Source: the human T2T-CHM13v2.0 reference genome, Homo sapiens
Assembly (NCBI RefSeq): GCF_009914755.1
Contig: NC_060934.1
Reading direction: 5' to 3' (one strand)
Length of the DNA stretch: 64,000 bases
Shown: positions 45,940-57,954 of the stretch, piece by piece
How the letters are laid out: every line of letters starts with the position of its first letter
Numbering within the stretch: the first letter of the stretch is position 1
Program-made: the position numbers and the translations under genes
The notes under the pieces: generated by a model
What the model was told of the DNA's origin: nothing
What the model saw: only the letters and a program-made list of their open reading frames with translations
Database searches by the model: none

Positions 45940-46440
45940 GAGCGCGGCCTGGGCGTCCCGCAGGGCCCCCACTAGGAAAGCTATGAACGCTTCCGCCTTG
46001 AGCACAGCCACAGGCCTGCTCTGGTCACAATGTGGGGTCGCCCCGCGGACACTGGTGACCAGTGGGAGCATGACCAGGAGGTGATTACCTTCTGATCACC
46101 CTTGGCTTTATTTTTAGGTAACACCAAGAAGGACGCCATGAGAGCGAAGGCCGTTGGGTCACCGCCCTTTGCTCTCGCGCTGCGCGTCTCCCTGCCATCA
46201 ACCGCCGCAACCGGCGCTGGGAGCGGTTGAGGGCGGCCGGCCTCGCGCTGGAACCTCGCCCGCCTCAAGGCTCCTGCGGCGGCGCACGGGGCAGGCCAGG
46301 AGCCCGCCCTAGGAGGGCCCCGCTGGAGATGTGGAAATGGAGGGACGCGGCACCTGGGTGCTTCCTGGGGCCAGACAACGCCCCCTTATTGGAACCTCCG
46401 TGACCGTGCCTCTGAGAAACCAGCGCGTCCGCAACGATCA
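45940..46440. promoter_or_regulatory. Small CpG-rich island ~3 kb upstream of the NUTM2 ATG
   Basis: Local cluster of CpGs and GC boxes (gcggccggcctcgcgctgg, gcccgccc) at the start of the GC-rich block. Confidence 0.55.
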
Positions 46441-49078
46441 CTCCTAATTTTCGGTAATACAAACCTGTAGTCCATGCACCTAGGTAACACCCTTGCTGAA
46501 AGGTTTACCTTTGGAGGGTTTATCCTAAAGCAAAGTATCCTCAAATTGCATGTCTTGCATTCCCTTTGGATGGCATTGATTTCATTCCTGCTCATGCCTT
46601 TCAAAAAATAGTATGCCCTGTTTTCCTACTCAGTCTGGAGGTTCCATTAAAGAGTATTTCTGGCAAAGATTTTTAGACCTGAAAACACACTCCAAAATAT
46701 ACTTTCTTCTGACTCCATTCCCAGAGTTTTTCCTACCGCATTCAAATGATTTCTAGAAATGTTTTTGTTGTAGCCTTGATCAATTTCAGTCGATAAAGCA
46801 GCAGATACTAAGGGAACAATTCCACGCTCCCCACCCCTGACTCTGCAACACAGTGCAGAATTCCAGTTGGCAATAAAAAACTAGTAGAGAAGCAACTCAC
46901 TGACTTCAGTTTGTAATACCTTCAGAAGAAACTTTAATCGTCACATCCTTTCTGCTCATTTGCAGGATTCCTATCATCTGTCTCCACGTGATAACACTGA
47001 AGAGCCTTCACATTGATGCAGGCCCAGGGCCTCAAGTGCAGAGTCTGAGAGCTCTGCAGGACACAGCATGGAGCCGCCATTCCTCTACTGGGTGGAGGAG
47101 CATGTGTCCTCTGAACAGGGGATCCAAGCCCTGAGATGTTCTTTCTCAGCTGTCAGTGCGGCCCAGGACTTTCTGTGGGGATGCTCAGACAGCAGGGGCC
47201 GGAGGACTTTTAGCCACCACCTCCCATGGCCAGTCTTCACAAATTACCTTTGGCTAATTTGACTGTCTCTCCTCCTGGGGTCTAGGACTTCAAACATGTA
47301 CAGAAGCGATTGCAGAATTAAGACAAGACACTTCCACAATATATTTTTTGTATCACTGGCTCAGAAAAAGACTCATTCAAATCCTGTATCAAAGCCACAT
47401 GTGAGAATCTTGAGAAAGCATCAGCTGACTGACTTGACAAGGGAGGAAGCAACCAAAAATTCTGCGCTTCTTCAGTATCTGAGTATGATATTTTGCTTCA
47501 ACATCCCTCTTAGATGAAGTTATTGATTGAAAATCATTTAAGTTTGCCCCATGGTAAAAGATCAAGTCCTCAGAAAGATCTCCAAAGTGTTTACGGTTTG
47601 TTTTGTTTTGGTAAGTTTACCATGATTTTGCTTGAATTGCTCTCCGTTGATCTTCTCAGCTAAGATGGAGGTAGAGTTGCACAGTGGAAGAGGGCTGCAT
47701 GTAAGAAGGCAGTTCTGTCTCAGAGGACAAAAGGCCTGGGAGCACCCAGACAGACAGTCACTGCATGGAGGTCACTCCCCTCCCAGTGGCCACTGTGGAG
47801 ACATTTCACAGAAATGCTTGCTGGACCATTCAGGTTCAGAGTTGGGACAAAACCGAGAACTCATGGGGATATTGGACAGGAGTTAGGAAATGACCTTCTC
47901 ACACAACTGGGGCAGTGGGGGAGAACCCTGGGCTTGAGACTTGCAATCCACCACTTGCCCCTGCCCCTGCCCCTGCAGTGTGGCCGCTGTTACATTTTCC
48001 TGCAACTCTGCCTTCTTGAGTCCAAGTGTCTTCGAAAGGGCAAATGCTTCGTAAGTGCCGACAGGGTGTGTTTCAGTGAATGTTTGCAGTGTGCACCGGT
48101 CTGGCTGAAGGCCTCTTCCCTTCCCCAACACCCTCCCATCGTGCAAAATTACCCTGCCCAGCAGGGAGTGACTTGTGTGTCTCAGAAGATTTTGTTGCTG
48201 TGCTCTGAGTTCTCACTCCTCATCTCCTTTGACCAGTTTCTTCTAATACTCCCCTTGTTCACAACACAGAACATGAGTGCTCTTTCCTATCATTTTGATA
48301 CTAATAAACGGACAGTGATTCTCAGTGTGGAAATGAGAATGAAGCTTTTTTTAAAGACAGGCTACAATAATTCCCATGCAGAGAACCACATGCGATGACA
48401 CTGGATTCCAAACAGCAAGAACGTATGGTGAAGACGAGGCCAACAGTGAGCTGAGAGAGGCCAGCCAGGGTGTGTTTCAGTGAAGATGAGAAACAATCAG
48501 ATAACACCTGTTTCCTCCAGGAAAGAAAATGTGGCCAGGGAAAAGAGATGGGAGGAAGGCTGGTCATTGCCTATTCCACTGTGCACAGTTTGAATTTGGA
48601 GCCATGAAAAGTATTGCTTGGTTAAATTAAAATCATTCAAAAGATAAAACATAAACATTTAACACCAGCACAATATGCTGGGAAACAAAATGAAAGGATT
48701 TCTGGTCTCGGTGCTGTAGGTCACATAGCCACTCTTTCCTGGATTGAGGCTTTCCAGCAAAGGGGCTGGGACGTAAGGCTGGCCTGCTGGTGTGGACAGA
48801 GATTCCAGCAACATGCATGACCTGGGGGTACAAGGATTGCTTCCTAAACAATGATAAGCACACAGCCACCTAATAGTCTGGATCGGCTGAGACCATCCTG
48901 ATTTCAAACACCCAGCCCCCTTGCCTTCCTAAGAACCCCTGTGTTTCTCAGACTGAAAATGTGTTTTGAACTTTGTTCACGAAGTGAGGCCGCTGTTGAA
49001 ATTCGTCAAGACTGGGAAAGAGCCAAAGTGGGAAGGAGCATGGGTTGATTGGCACAAAAGTAGGTCTGCTGATAAAGA

Positions 49079-49460
49079 ATGGAAGTAAAGGGGCCATCAG
49101 GTAGAAGCTTTTGCTGTGAGTCAGAAGGACAATTTAAAAGTTGCCTAAAGAGGCACACGCCATCTCTGCTGCTGCCTTCCAGTTGGAAGGGAAACTCAGG
49201 TTCTTGCCTAATGGCCGAAGCCCTTCACAGAACGTCCCCCACCCCTAACAGCTGCCCACTGCCCCTCCCCCTCTGCAGAATGTCTGGGGTCCTATGTTCC
49301 AGGAACCTGTTTACTTTCAAATTTTCCCTGTTTCAGTTGGACTCAGGAGCATCTGGTGAGCCAGGTCACTCTCTGGGTCTTACCCTTGGCTTTTCTTATT
49401 GCGGAAACTGCCAGACGGCGGTGGTCAGTGCCCAGCCTGAGGGGATGGCTTCGAATGGAG
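49079..49460 (+). CDS. NUTM2E: NUTM2 coding exon 1
   Basis: ATG in agaATGG context; donor GAG|gtaagc; 382 nt, ends in phase 1. Confidence 0.85.
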
Positions 49461-52400
49461 GTAAGCCTGTAGGGATGAGGGCATTATCTGAGTCTGCCAT
49501 GCCTCAACTCCTTAGGAATTCAAATTTGACACTGCCCCGGGGACAGTTGATAGGGCTGATGTTGAGGAGGGAGGGAAGACTGGATGTCCCCAAGGACATC
49601 ACACCTGGGGATGGCCATGGCACCCTGAGTCTGTGTTTAGGGAGGACGGCCTCTTAGAGGTGGAACAAGATGGCTGGGGGAATACACCGTGTAGGAGAAA
49701 GGACAGAGTGGATGGATTGATCCTTTCTAGAAGGAGACAGGTCACGTCATTGTGTGTTTGTAGGGAGTGGTGGGATCATGTTGTGCTGGTGGCCCCGGGA
49801 GGATGATAGGCAAGCCTGAACCCTGTGCCATATCTTCAGGCACCTGGAAGGTGCCCTTCCATAGTGTTCAGAGAGATTTGGACTGGAGTTTTCTAGATCT
49901 TAGGGAGGAGTGGGGAGAAGTGGTCTCAGCCAGAAAACTGTTGGGTGGGTTGGCTGTGACAGAGCATGTAGTGACAGCCCCTGGGTGGGCGAGGCTGGGG
50001 GCTGCTGTAACTGCCACAGCCCAGAGCCCCTCAGCTCTCTCCCTAGAGATGGCTTCTCTGTCAGTTCAGGTAGCTGTTGGCTTTGATTTAACAGGGGTGG
50101 GGGCAGATGAGGAAGTTCAGGCAACACAGGGCCTGGGTTTCCTGAGTTGTTCTGAATTGTTTGCCCTTTTGTGGAAGCTCAGGTCTTCAGACCCACTTCC
50201 TCTTGTCTGCTAGCTCATGGCCTGTCCTCTGCACTTTGTGTTACTGTGGAGATGAAGAATTTGCTCCTATTCCATTTATACTACCTCATGAACGGGGGGC
50301 AGGTGTGGATTCTTGCTGGTTCTCAGTGGAAGGGTCTGGAAAGGCTGGTTTCCTTTTCAGTAGAGGAAGGAGAGTAGCGCACGAATAGGAAGATGGTTCT
50401 CTTATTATTATTATTCAAGTTAGGATATGTGTCCTGAATGATGAGGTGCATGTGCTGTATCCCTTATTCCCCTTGACTAGAGACTGCATGAGGTCCTATT
50501 GAACAGGGATGAGTTCCAGACAACTTTGCCTCACCCGGCCCATGGCCCAAGAACCCCTGGTTTTTGGTTGGTCACTATGTTCAGTTATTGGGAGCTCAAA
50601 GGAGAAGGGCCAGGGATGGGCTCCTTGTCCCACTACCTATTGTAACATGACCAGCAGCTGTGAAAATCCCTAGACACCTCCCCTGTTAGCTCTGCTGCTC
50701 GCCATTTGCTGGCTGTGTTCTAATCGTGTGTGGCTTTTGCTGGCTATGCAGTGACACTGTCTCAGGGGACTCCACCACTGCCTCTCAGACCTGCTCCCTG
50801 GGAACAGAGCTTCCTGAGTGGCAGCCGGGACCATCGAGTACTGCGGAAAGGGTGGCCCGAATCTGACCCCTATTTAGCACTTGCTGTGGGTGGTGCCAGG
50901 ACAATCACTTGCATGCTGGGCATGACGAGTTATGGATTATCTTCAGGGTTCCTAGGGCGCTGGCTTGGGAAAGATTTCCATCCAGTGGTTTTGTTTTGGT
51001 ATGTCTGAGCTGGGAAAGAAAGGGGTTTACAAGAGCGTCAGGAAAAGGAAGATTGAAGAGGAGATGGGGCCATAATATTAGGAAGCTTCTGGCTTCCTGT
51101 CGGCCTTCTGAGTGCCGAGCACTGCCCTGGGGTAGGCCCCTCACCTGTTGCTGAGCACGCTGAGGACCACCAGGCCGCTGAGAGACTCATCCCTGACCCA
51201 TGGCTTGGGAGATGCCTGTGAGGCTGACAGGGTCTACCAGGGACACCCGAGGGAGACCCTCGGGCAGCAAAGGCTTGGCTGTTACTTCTTGGGAGACAGG
51301 GGTCAGGGAGTCTTGGTGACCGGGGCCAGGCTCTCTAGTGGAGCAACTCTCCGTGGAGGAACAGAGCATCCGATGCACACTCAGGGGCATTTGCAAGCTG
51401 CAGTTTCCCTGTCATACGCCCTTAGCTGTTGGGACTCCCCTCTGATTCCCCAGTGACTAGTGTGGACCTGGAGACCCCAGCTCATTCACCTCTTTCCTTT
51501 GTCTCCACAGCATACCCAGTGCTGGGACCGGGCGTGACCGCGAACCCTGGCACCTCCCTGTCTGTGTTCACGGCTCTGCCCTTCACCACACCCGCTCCCG
51601 GCCCAGCACACGGGCCGCTCCTTGTGACTGCAGGGGCTCCTCCAGGCGGCCCTCTGGTGCTGTCTACCTTCCCCAGCACACCTCTGGTGACAGAACAGGA
51701 TGGCTGCGGCCCGAGTGGGGCCGGGGCTTCCAACGTCTTTGTCCAGATGAGGACAGAGGTGGGGCCTGTGAAGGCCGCTCAGGCGCAGACCTTGGTCCTA
51801 ACTCAGGCCCCCCTCGTCTGGCAGGCTCCAGGCGCCCTCTGCGGAGGTGTTGTGTGTCCACCTCCCCTACTCCTGGCAGCTGCTCCTGTGGTGCCTGTTA
51901 TGGCTGCCCAGGTGGTTGGGGGCACCCAGGCCTGTGAGGGAGGCTGGTCCCAGGGCCTTCCTCTTCCACCACCACCACCACCGGCTGCCCAGCTGCCCCC
52001 CATTGTGTCCCAAGGGAATGCTGGGCCATGGCCACAAGGGGCTCATGGAGAGAGCAGCCTGGCTTCCTCCCAGGCCAAGGCCCCGCCAGATGACTCCTGT
52101 AACCCCAGGAGTGTCTATGAGAACTTCCGACTCTGGCAGCACTACAAGCCCCTGGCCCGGAGGCACCTTCCCCAGAGTCCTGACACCGAAGCGCTTTCGT
52201 GCTTCCTCATGTGAGTGTCCTCGGGGCATTGGAGCTGGTCCTGCAGCTCACACGTAAAGAGGCTGCTGGATGGACGGGAGGTCACGCTGTTCAGGGGAGC
52301 TTGCAGGGCGGTTGTGAGGGTGATGGGCTGCACTATGGGAAGGTACATTTTCAACCATATTAATCTGGCTGCGGCTCAGGACAGACTGTCAGGGGCCTCA

Positions 52401-55400
52401 TCTCAACTGCCCGTCACTGTCCCGTGAGTCCGGCCAATCCTTACTTTCAATAATTTTCACAACAATGTTTACAGAAGACCCAGGTCAGAGAGGGTTCCTG
52501 GTGTGACGTGAGCTACGGTTTGGGTTTAGGTCTTTGAGTACACACCCCAGTGCCTCCCCTTTAACCCAGTATTGATGGCCAGGAGCACCTCACATGGGGC
52601 CGGGGGGAGGAGCTGCAGGGCCCAGCAGGAACCTGGCACATGCCTGCAGTTCCGCTGAGGTCCAGTTAGCACAGCGGTGGTGGAGCCTGCATAGGGGGAT
52701 GGTCTCGGGCCCTGCACTGGGGCCGATGCCGGGCAGGTATTTGCATCTTCACCCTCAATCCCTCCTAGAAAAAGGGACAATGATGCTTCATTCAGAGGAT
52801 GGTGAAGAGATAACTTGAGCTCACATATGACATGCATAGCACAGTGCCTGGCACATGCTATGACACATTACATGACAGCAGTTACGATTACTGTCCCCAT
52901 TACTATCATTATCAAGACTAGGCCATCTAGGAGAGCACTCCCCAAAGCCACGGGCTCCAGTGATAGCTCTGAGTGCACCATGAGTCCAGCAGCCCAGGGC
53001 CATGGACTGTGGTGACTGTGAGGCAGCAACGTCAGCATCTGGGAGAGTTTGTGGTTTCATTCCCAGTCCCTGCCTCTCTCCACCCTGCGGTGCCTCTGTG
53101 ACCCTGTGTTTCCCGCTGATGAGCAAACGGGAGCTTGAGCACATCCACCGTGCAACACACTGGCCGTTCCCCTAGGGAAGTCCCCTGCCTGGGGTGTAGG
53201 TGAAAGGTGGCCCCATTTTCATCCCCCAAAATCTCGCTGTTCCCGCACCCTGGAACTGGTTGCATTCCTCCTTGGAGCGGAGTCCCGGTGCACTGGGGAC
53301 CCTGATTCTTGGGGTGGAGCTGCCCCAGGCTCACAGGCCTTTGCCATGGCTCCTGTGGGAATGTGGGATCTGGACCTGCTGCTTGCAGTGGCGTGGACAC
53401 CGCTCTGCTTTGGTTCTGGACGTGTGCTCCTGCTCCTCATGCTCCAGGGCCCTGAGGCTACGTCCCCAGGGGCTGCCTTGCTCCAGAGTCCCCAGGAAGC
53501 CGGTTAAATGCTCAGTCTTGGGGCCCTGGAACCTGCACTTTAACCCTCACCCCCAGGTCATTCTGTGTGCACGCTGTCTCAGTCAGCTCAGGCTCTGCCG
53601 TAACGAATGCCGTAGACTGGGTGCTTTATCAAGACACATTCATGTCTCCCAGTTCCAGAGGCCAGAAGTCCCAGATCAAGGTGACAGCAGATTGGGTGTC
53701 TGGTCAGGGCCCTCCTCCTGGCTGGAGAGAGCTGTCTCTGGCTATGTCTCCTCGTGGCTGAGAGCAAGAGCCCTGGCGTCTCCTTCTGCCCTTATCAGGG
53801 CTTGGATTCCATGACTGGGACCCACGCTCATGACCTGCTTTAACCCTGATTGCCTCCAAATACTGACACACTGGTGCTGAGGGCTTCAGCACAGGAATGT
53901 TGGAGACACACATGTTCCACCCATAGTACTGAGTCCACTTCTCAACACTGAGGACTCGAGGGGCAGTCGGAGAGGCCACTTGGTAGCTTGTGTTGATGTT
54001 TGATCTTGGGGTTGTGTTCTGGGGCCTGAGGAGCCCACATGGGGGAGAACAGGACAGGGACAGATGGCGGGACAGGTGTGGGGAGGACAGGGGCCAGGTG
54101 TTGGGACCAGGTGGGCTTGGGATGAAGGGTGGGCTTATAGACTGAGACTGACTGCACTGGTTTACAGCCCAGTTCTCCGATCGCTGGCCCGGCGGAAGCC
54201 CACCATGACCCTGGAGGAGGGACTGTGGCGGGCCATGCGGGAATGGCAGCACACGAGCAACTTTGACCGGATGATCTTCTACGAGATGGCGGAAAAGTGA
54301 GTCTGGGGTCCTGGGAGCAGGGCCCGCGTGGCAGGGTGAGAGTGAATGACAGAGGCCCGGTGGCCGTGGTGGCTTCTCAACGTGGAGTATGAGGAGGGTG
54401 TGGAGAAACCCAGGATACTCTGGGCCCCTGGCTCCCTCAGGAAGCTGCTCCTGCCACCTAGAGTGTTCTGGGGTCTCTGTCCTGGCCTATTGGGAAGCAC
54501 CCCCTGCCTGGCCTGGGGCCATCCCTGCCTTGACACTGGAGGTCATGGCAGGAGCAGCCAGCATCACAGCCCAAAGTGGGTCACCTCTAGCTGTGGGGAT
54601 GGGGAGAAGGGGCGCTAGTGACTATGGACAAGAGTAGGGTGCAGGCTCCTCACAGCAGTGGCCAGAAGTCGGTTTTCTCCCATCCCAGCCTGGCCAGGGA
54701 GTTGGGTTGGGGAGATCTGCACCTGGGACACCATGGGACCCATCTCTGGCCTGACTGCCTTTGCTCCTGGGCAGTCCCCTCCATGAAGGCAGACAGATAG
54801 ACAGCAGCCTCAGGGGAAAGGGGCCCTGTCCTCTGAGCTCAGCTTTTGCTTCCTCCTGACCAGGAGTCTCCCAGGCCTCGTGCCCCTGGGTTATCTTTCA
54901 GGGGCCCACAGTCCTAGCCTCAGGACTCCTGCATCTGGGCATCATCCCTGATGCCTTCTGCCATAAATCCCACCCCTGGCCAGCTGAAACCTGGAGGAGG
55001 GGTCCCCCGAGACCCTCCTGGACCTCGTGGCCCTGAGTTGAGTCAGGAAGCCCCGTTGATGCCATGGGCTCTGCAGGGGCCGGGTGAGGGAGGGTGAGCC
55101 CGGAACTCTGGGAGCAGTTTTCTCCTGGGACTGGGGGATGGGACACAGTGAGGGCCTGGACAGCCCACCCGAGGCACTCCCTCCTATCCCTGCCCTCGGC
55201 CGCTGCCTGGTCCTGCGGGGAGGGGGCCTGGACCCTCTCAGCACAGCCTGGGCCTCCTTCACCGCCAGGTTCCTGGAGTTTGAGGCTGAGGAGGAGATGC
55301 AGATTCAGAAATCGCAATGGATGAAGGGGCCCCAGTGCCTGCCTCCTCCAGCCACACCGAGGCTTGAACCTCGAGGACCCCCGGCCCCTGAGGTGGTCAA

Positions 55401-57954
55401 GCAGCCAGGTATGGCTTCCCACATTCCCACAGGAGCCATGGCAAAGGCCAAAAGGGCCAAGGGAGGCCACTGTCCCCACACCCCATGCTTCCCTTCGAGA
55501 GGGGGATTTGCTCCCTCCAACAGGACAGTTTCCAGGAGCATATGTTCGGTATTGACCTGGTCAAGTTTCCTAGCTACTCTCTCCCCTCGCCTGTCCAAAA
55601 CTCCACATATGCTCTGCCCAGGAAGCAGGGATGAGCGGGGAGAGTACACGGCATATTGGTGGCTCCAAACTTCCTCCCAAGCGATGCTGTCTCAGATGTG
55701 CCCCTCCTGCCTCCTCCGGGGGCGCTGCGGTTCAGGTGGTCCTGACCCAGCTGGGACCCACTTCACATCCCCAAGCCCTGCCCTCCCCTGTGTGGTGCGA
55801 GCAGGAGGAGCGGCCCTCACCACGCCCGTCCTCCTCCCTCTCTGCCTCAGTGTACCTTCCCAGCAAGGCCGGCCCCAAGGCCCCGACTGCCTGCCTGCCA
55901 CCACCCAGGCCCCAGAGGCCAGTGACCAAGGCCCGCCGGCCACCACCCCGGCCCCACCGGCGAGCAGAGACCAAGGCCCGCCTGCCACCACCCAGGCCCC
56001 AGAGACCAGCAGAGACCAAGGTCCCTGAGGAGATCCCCCCAGAAGTGGTGCAGGAGTATGTGGACATCATGGAGGAGCTGCTGGGGCCTTCCCTCGGGGC
56101 CACGGGGGAGCCCGAGAAACAACGGGAAGAGGGCAAAGTGAAGCAGCCACAGGAAGAGGACTGGACGCCCCCAGACCCGGGCCTCCTGAGCTACATTGAC
56201 AAGCTGTGTTCCCAGAAAGACTTCGTCACCAAGGTGGGCTGGCCTGGAGTGCTGGGGTCTGCTGGATTCCAGGGGCTGGCACTCCCAGGTCCTTGGAATT
56301 AAGCTCTGTTCCTTAGCTACTCAGCAGTGTGTGTATTTCCATGGATTTGAGTGTCTGTGTATGTGATTGTGTGTGTCTGTGTGTTGCTGTGTGTTTGTGT
56401 CTGTGGTTTGTTACTGTGTGTCTTTGTGTGTCTGTGTAGGTGTGAGTGTGGAGTGTGTACGTTACCTGTGTCTGTGTCTTTTCCTGTGTCATATGTGGGT
56501 CTGTTTGTGTGTCTGTGTGTGGTTTGTGTGTCTCTGTCTGTGTGTGTGTAGCTACCAGGTCTGTGGTCTGTGTCTGTAGCTGGTGGTCACCATGATATGA
56601 GACAGCCCCAGGAGGGTGGGGACGGGGCGCTCGCTGCTTTCTGCATCTCCTCCAGGTGTCCTTGGCTCCAGGTTACTCCCTGCCCAGGAAGCTCACGCCT
56701 TCTTCCTTCTGTTTCCAGGTGGAGGCCGTCATTCATCCCCAATTCCTGGAAGAATTGCTTTCCCCAGATCCACAGATGGATTTCTTGGCCCTAAGCCAGG
56801 ACCTGGAGCAGGAGGAAGGACTCACCCTTGCCCAGGTACCCCAGGGGCAGGAGGGACCTGGCACACAAGGCCCACCTGATTGTCTAATCCCCCCCGCTGG
56901 GGATGCTCGGCTTCTTGGGGAGCCACTCTGGAGTGGGAAGATGCAGGTTCAGAGGGAGTAGGATGGACAGGAGCCAGGGAGGGGAGTCAGCATGCAAGCT
57001 GTGGTGAGGCCCAACGGGAGGCCCGGCAGAGCCACACCCTCTCTCTTTGACATAAAGCCCAGCTGCCTCAGGCTTCCCTACCTGCCGCCTAAGTGCCCTG
57101 GTCTCCACCACCCTGGGCCCTGCTCACACCTGGGGCAGTGCCAGTAAGTGCCCCCTTTCCTCCCGCAGCTAGTGGAGAAGCGCCTCCCACCCTTGAAGGA
57201 GAAACAGCATGCGAGGGCAGCCCCTAGTCGTGGCACAGCCCGGTTGGACTCAAGTTCTTCTAAGTTTGCAGCTGGCCAAGGAGCAGAGAGAGACGTCCCT
57301 GACCCCCAACAAGGGGTTGGCATGGAAACCTGCCCACCCCAGATGACTGCCCGGGACTCTCAGGGACGAGGCAGAGCACACACTGGCATGGCCAGGTCCG
57401 AAGACTCTGTTGTGCTTTTGGGATGTCAGGATTCCCCTGGGCTGAGGGCTGCCTGGCCAACCTCTCCTCCCCAGGACCACAGACCCACCTGCCCTGGCGT
57501 GGGTACCAAGGATGCCTTGGATCTCCCTGGAGGGTCTCCTGTCAGGGAGTCACATGGGCTGGCTCAGGGGTCAAGTGAGGAGGAGGAACTCCCCAGCCTG
57601 GCCTTCCTCTTGGGTTCCCAGCACAAGCTTCTGCCCTGGTGGCTACCCCAGAGCCCTGTCCCTGCCTCGGGCCTTCTCAGCCCAGAAAAGTGGGGACCCC
57701 AGGGAACTCATCAGTCCCCATCTGCTGAGAGAAGAGGCCTCAACCTAGCACCTTCTCCTGCCAACAAGGCCAAGAAGCGACCTCTCTTTGGAAGCCTGTC
57801 CCCTGCTGAAAAGACACCCTACCCAGGGCCTGGGCTCAGGGTCTCTGGGGAGCAATCCCTGACTTGGGGGCTGGGTGGCCCCTCACAGTCTCAAAAGAGA
57901 AAGGGTGACCCCTTGGTCTCCAGGAAGGAGAAGAAGCAGCATTGTAGCCAGTAG
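49079..57954 (+). CDS. NUTM2E: NUT family member 2 (FAM22), complete 7-exon CDS, 878 aa; most likely the NUTM2E paralog (NUTM2B is near-identical)
   Basis: Exons 49079-49460, 51511-52210, 54168-54296, 55269-55408, 55851-56233, 56719-56835 and 57169-57954 all have GT-AG boundaries. They sum to 2637 nt (878 aa + TAG) in one open frame: [13 protein letters not shown]...[13 protein letters not shown]...[78 protein letters not shown]...[19 protein letters not shown]...[19 protein letters not shown]. The family call is secure. The paralog call rests on the CGG island ~15 kb upstream and the intact N-terminal frame. Confidence 0.85.
51511..52210 (+). CDS. NUTM2E: NUTM2 coding exon 2 (Pro/Gly-rich region, start of the NUT domain)
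   Basis: Acceptor ttcctttgtctccacag|C; donor CAT|gtgagt; 700 nt; lies within ORF 51429-52214. Confidence 0.93.
53575..53925 (-). mobile_element. MLT1-type LTR in NUTM2 intron 2
   Basis: tagactgggtgcttta…cagttccagaggccagaagtcccagatcaaggtg…gagggcttcagcacaggaatgttgg. Confidence 0.7.
54168..54296 (+). CDS. NUTM2E: NUTM2 coding exon 3 ([43 protein letters not shown])
   Basis: Acceptor tttacag|C; donor AA|gtgagt; 129 nt; conserved NUT-domain motif. Confidence 0.93.
55269..55408 (+). CDS. NUTM2E: NUTM2 coding exon 4 ([14 protein letters not shown]...EVVKQP)
   Basis: Acceptor ccttcaccgccag|G; donor CAG|gtatgg; 140 nt. Confidence 0.92.
55851..56233 (+). CDS. NUTM2E: NUTM2 coding exon 5 (Pro/Arg repeats, [18 protein letters not shown])
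   Basis: Acceptor ctctctgcctcag|T; donor AAG|gtgggc; 383 nt. Confidence 0.92.
56326..56580. repeat. Degenerate (TG)n tract in NUTM2 intron 5
   Basis: ~250 bp of TG/TCTG repeats. Confidence 0.85.
56719..56835 (+). CDS. NUTM2E: NUTM2 coding exon 6 ([39 protein letters not shown])
   Basis: Acceptor ttctgtttccag|G; donor CAG|gtaccc; 117 nt. Confidence 0.92.
57169..57954 (+). CDS. NUTM2E: NUTM2 last coding exon with a basic, NLS-like C-terminus
   Basis: Acceptor ctttcctcccgcag|C; 786 nt to TAG; ends [19 protein letters not shown]. Confidence 0.92.
   Translation, partial: LVEKRLPPLKEKQHARAAPSRGTARLDSSSSKFAAGQGAERDVPDPQQGVGMETCPPQMTARDSQGRGRAHTGMARSEDSVVLLGCQDSPGLRAAWPTSPPQDHRPTCPGVGTKDALDLPGGSPVRESHGLAQGSSEEEELPSLAFLLGSQHKLLPWWLPQSPVPASGLLSPEKWGPQGTHQSPSAERRGLNLAPSPANKAKKRPLFGSLSPAEKTPYPGPGLRVSGEQSLTWGLGGPSQSQKRKGDPLVSRKEKKQHCSQ

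Noticed and set aside
49079-57954. Assignment to NUTM2A or NUTM2D
   Set aside because: Residues [14 protein letters not shown] and YPVLGP and the unbroken N-terminal frame fit my recall of NUTM2B/E better. B versus E needs an alignment; E is favoured by the upstream CGG island.
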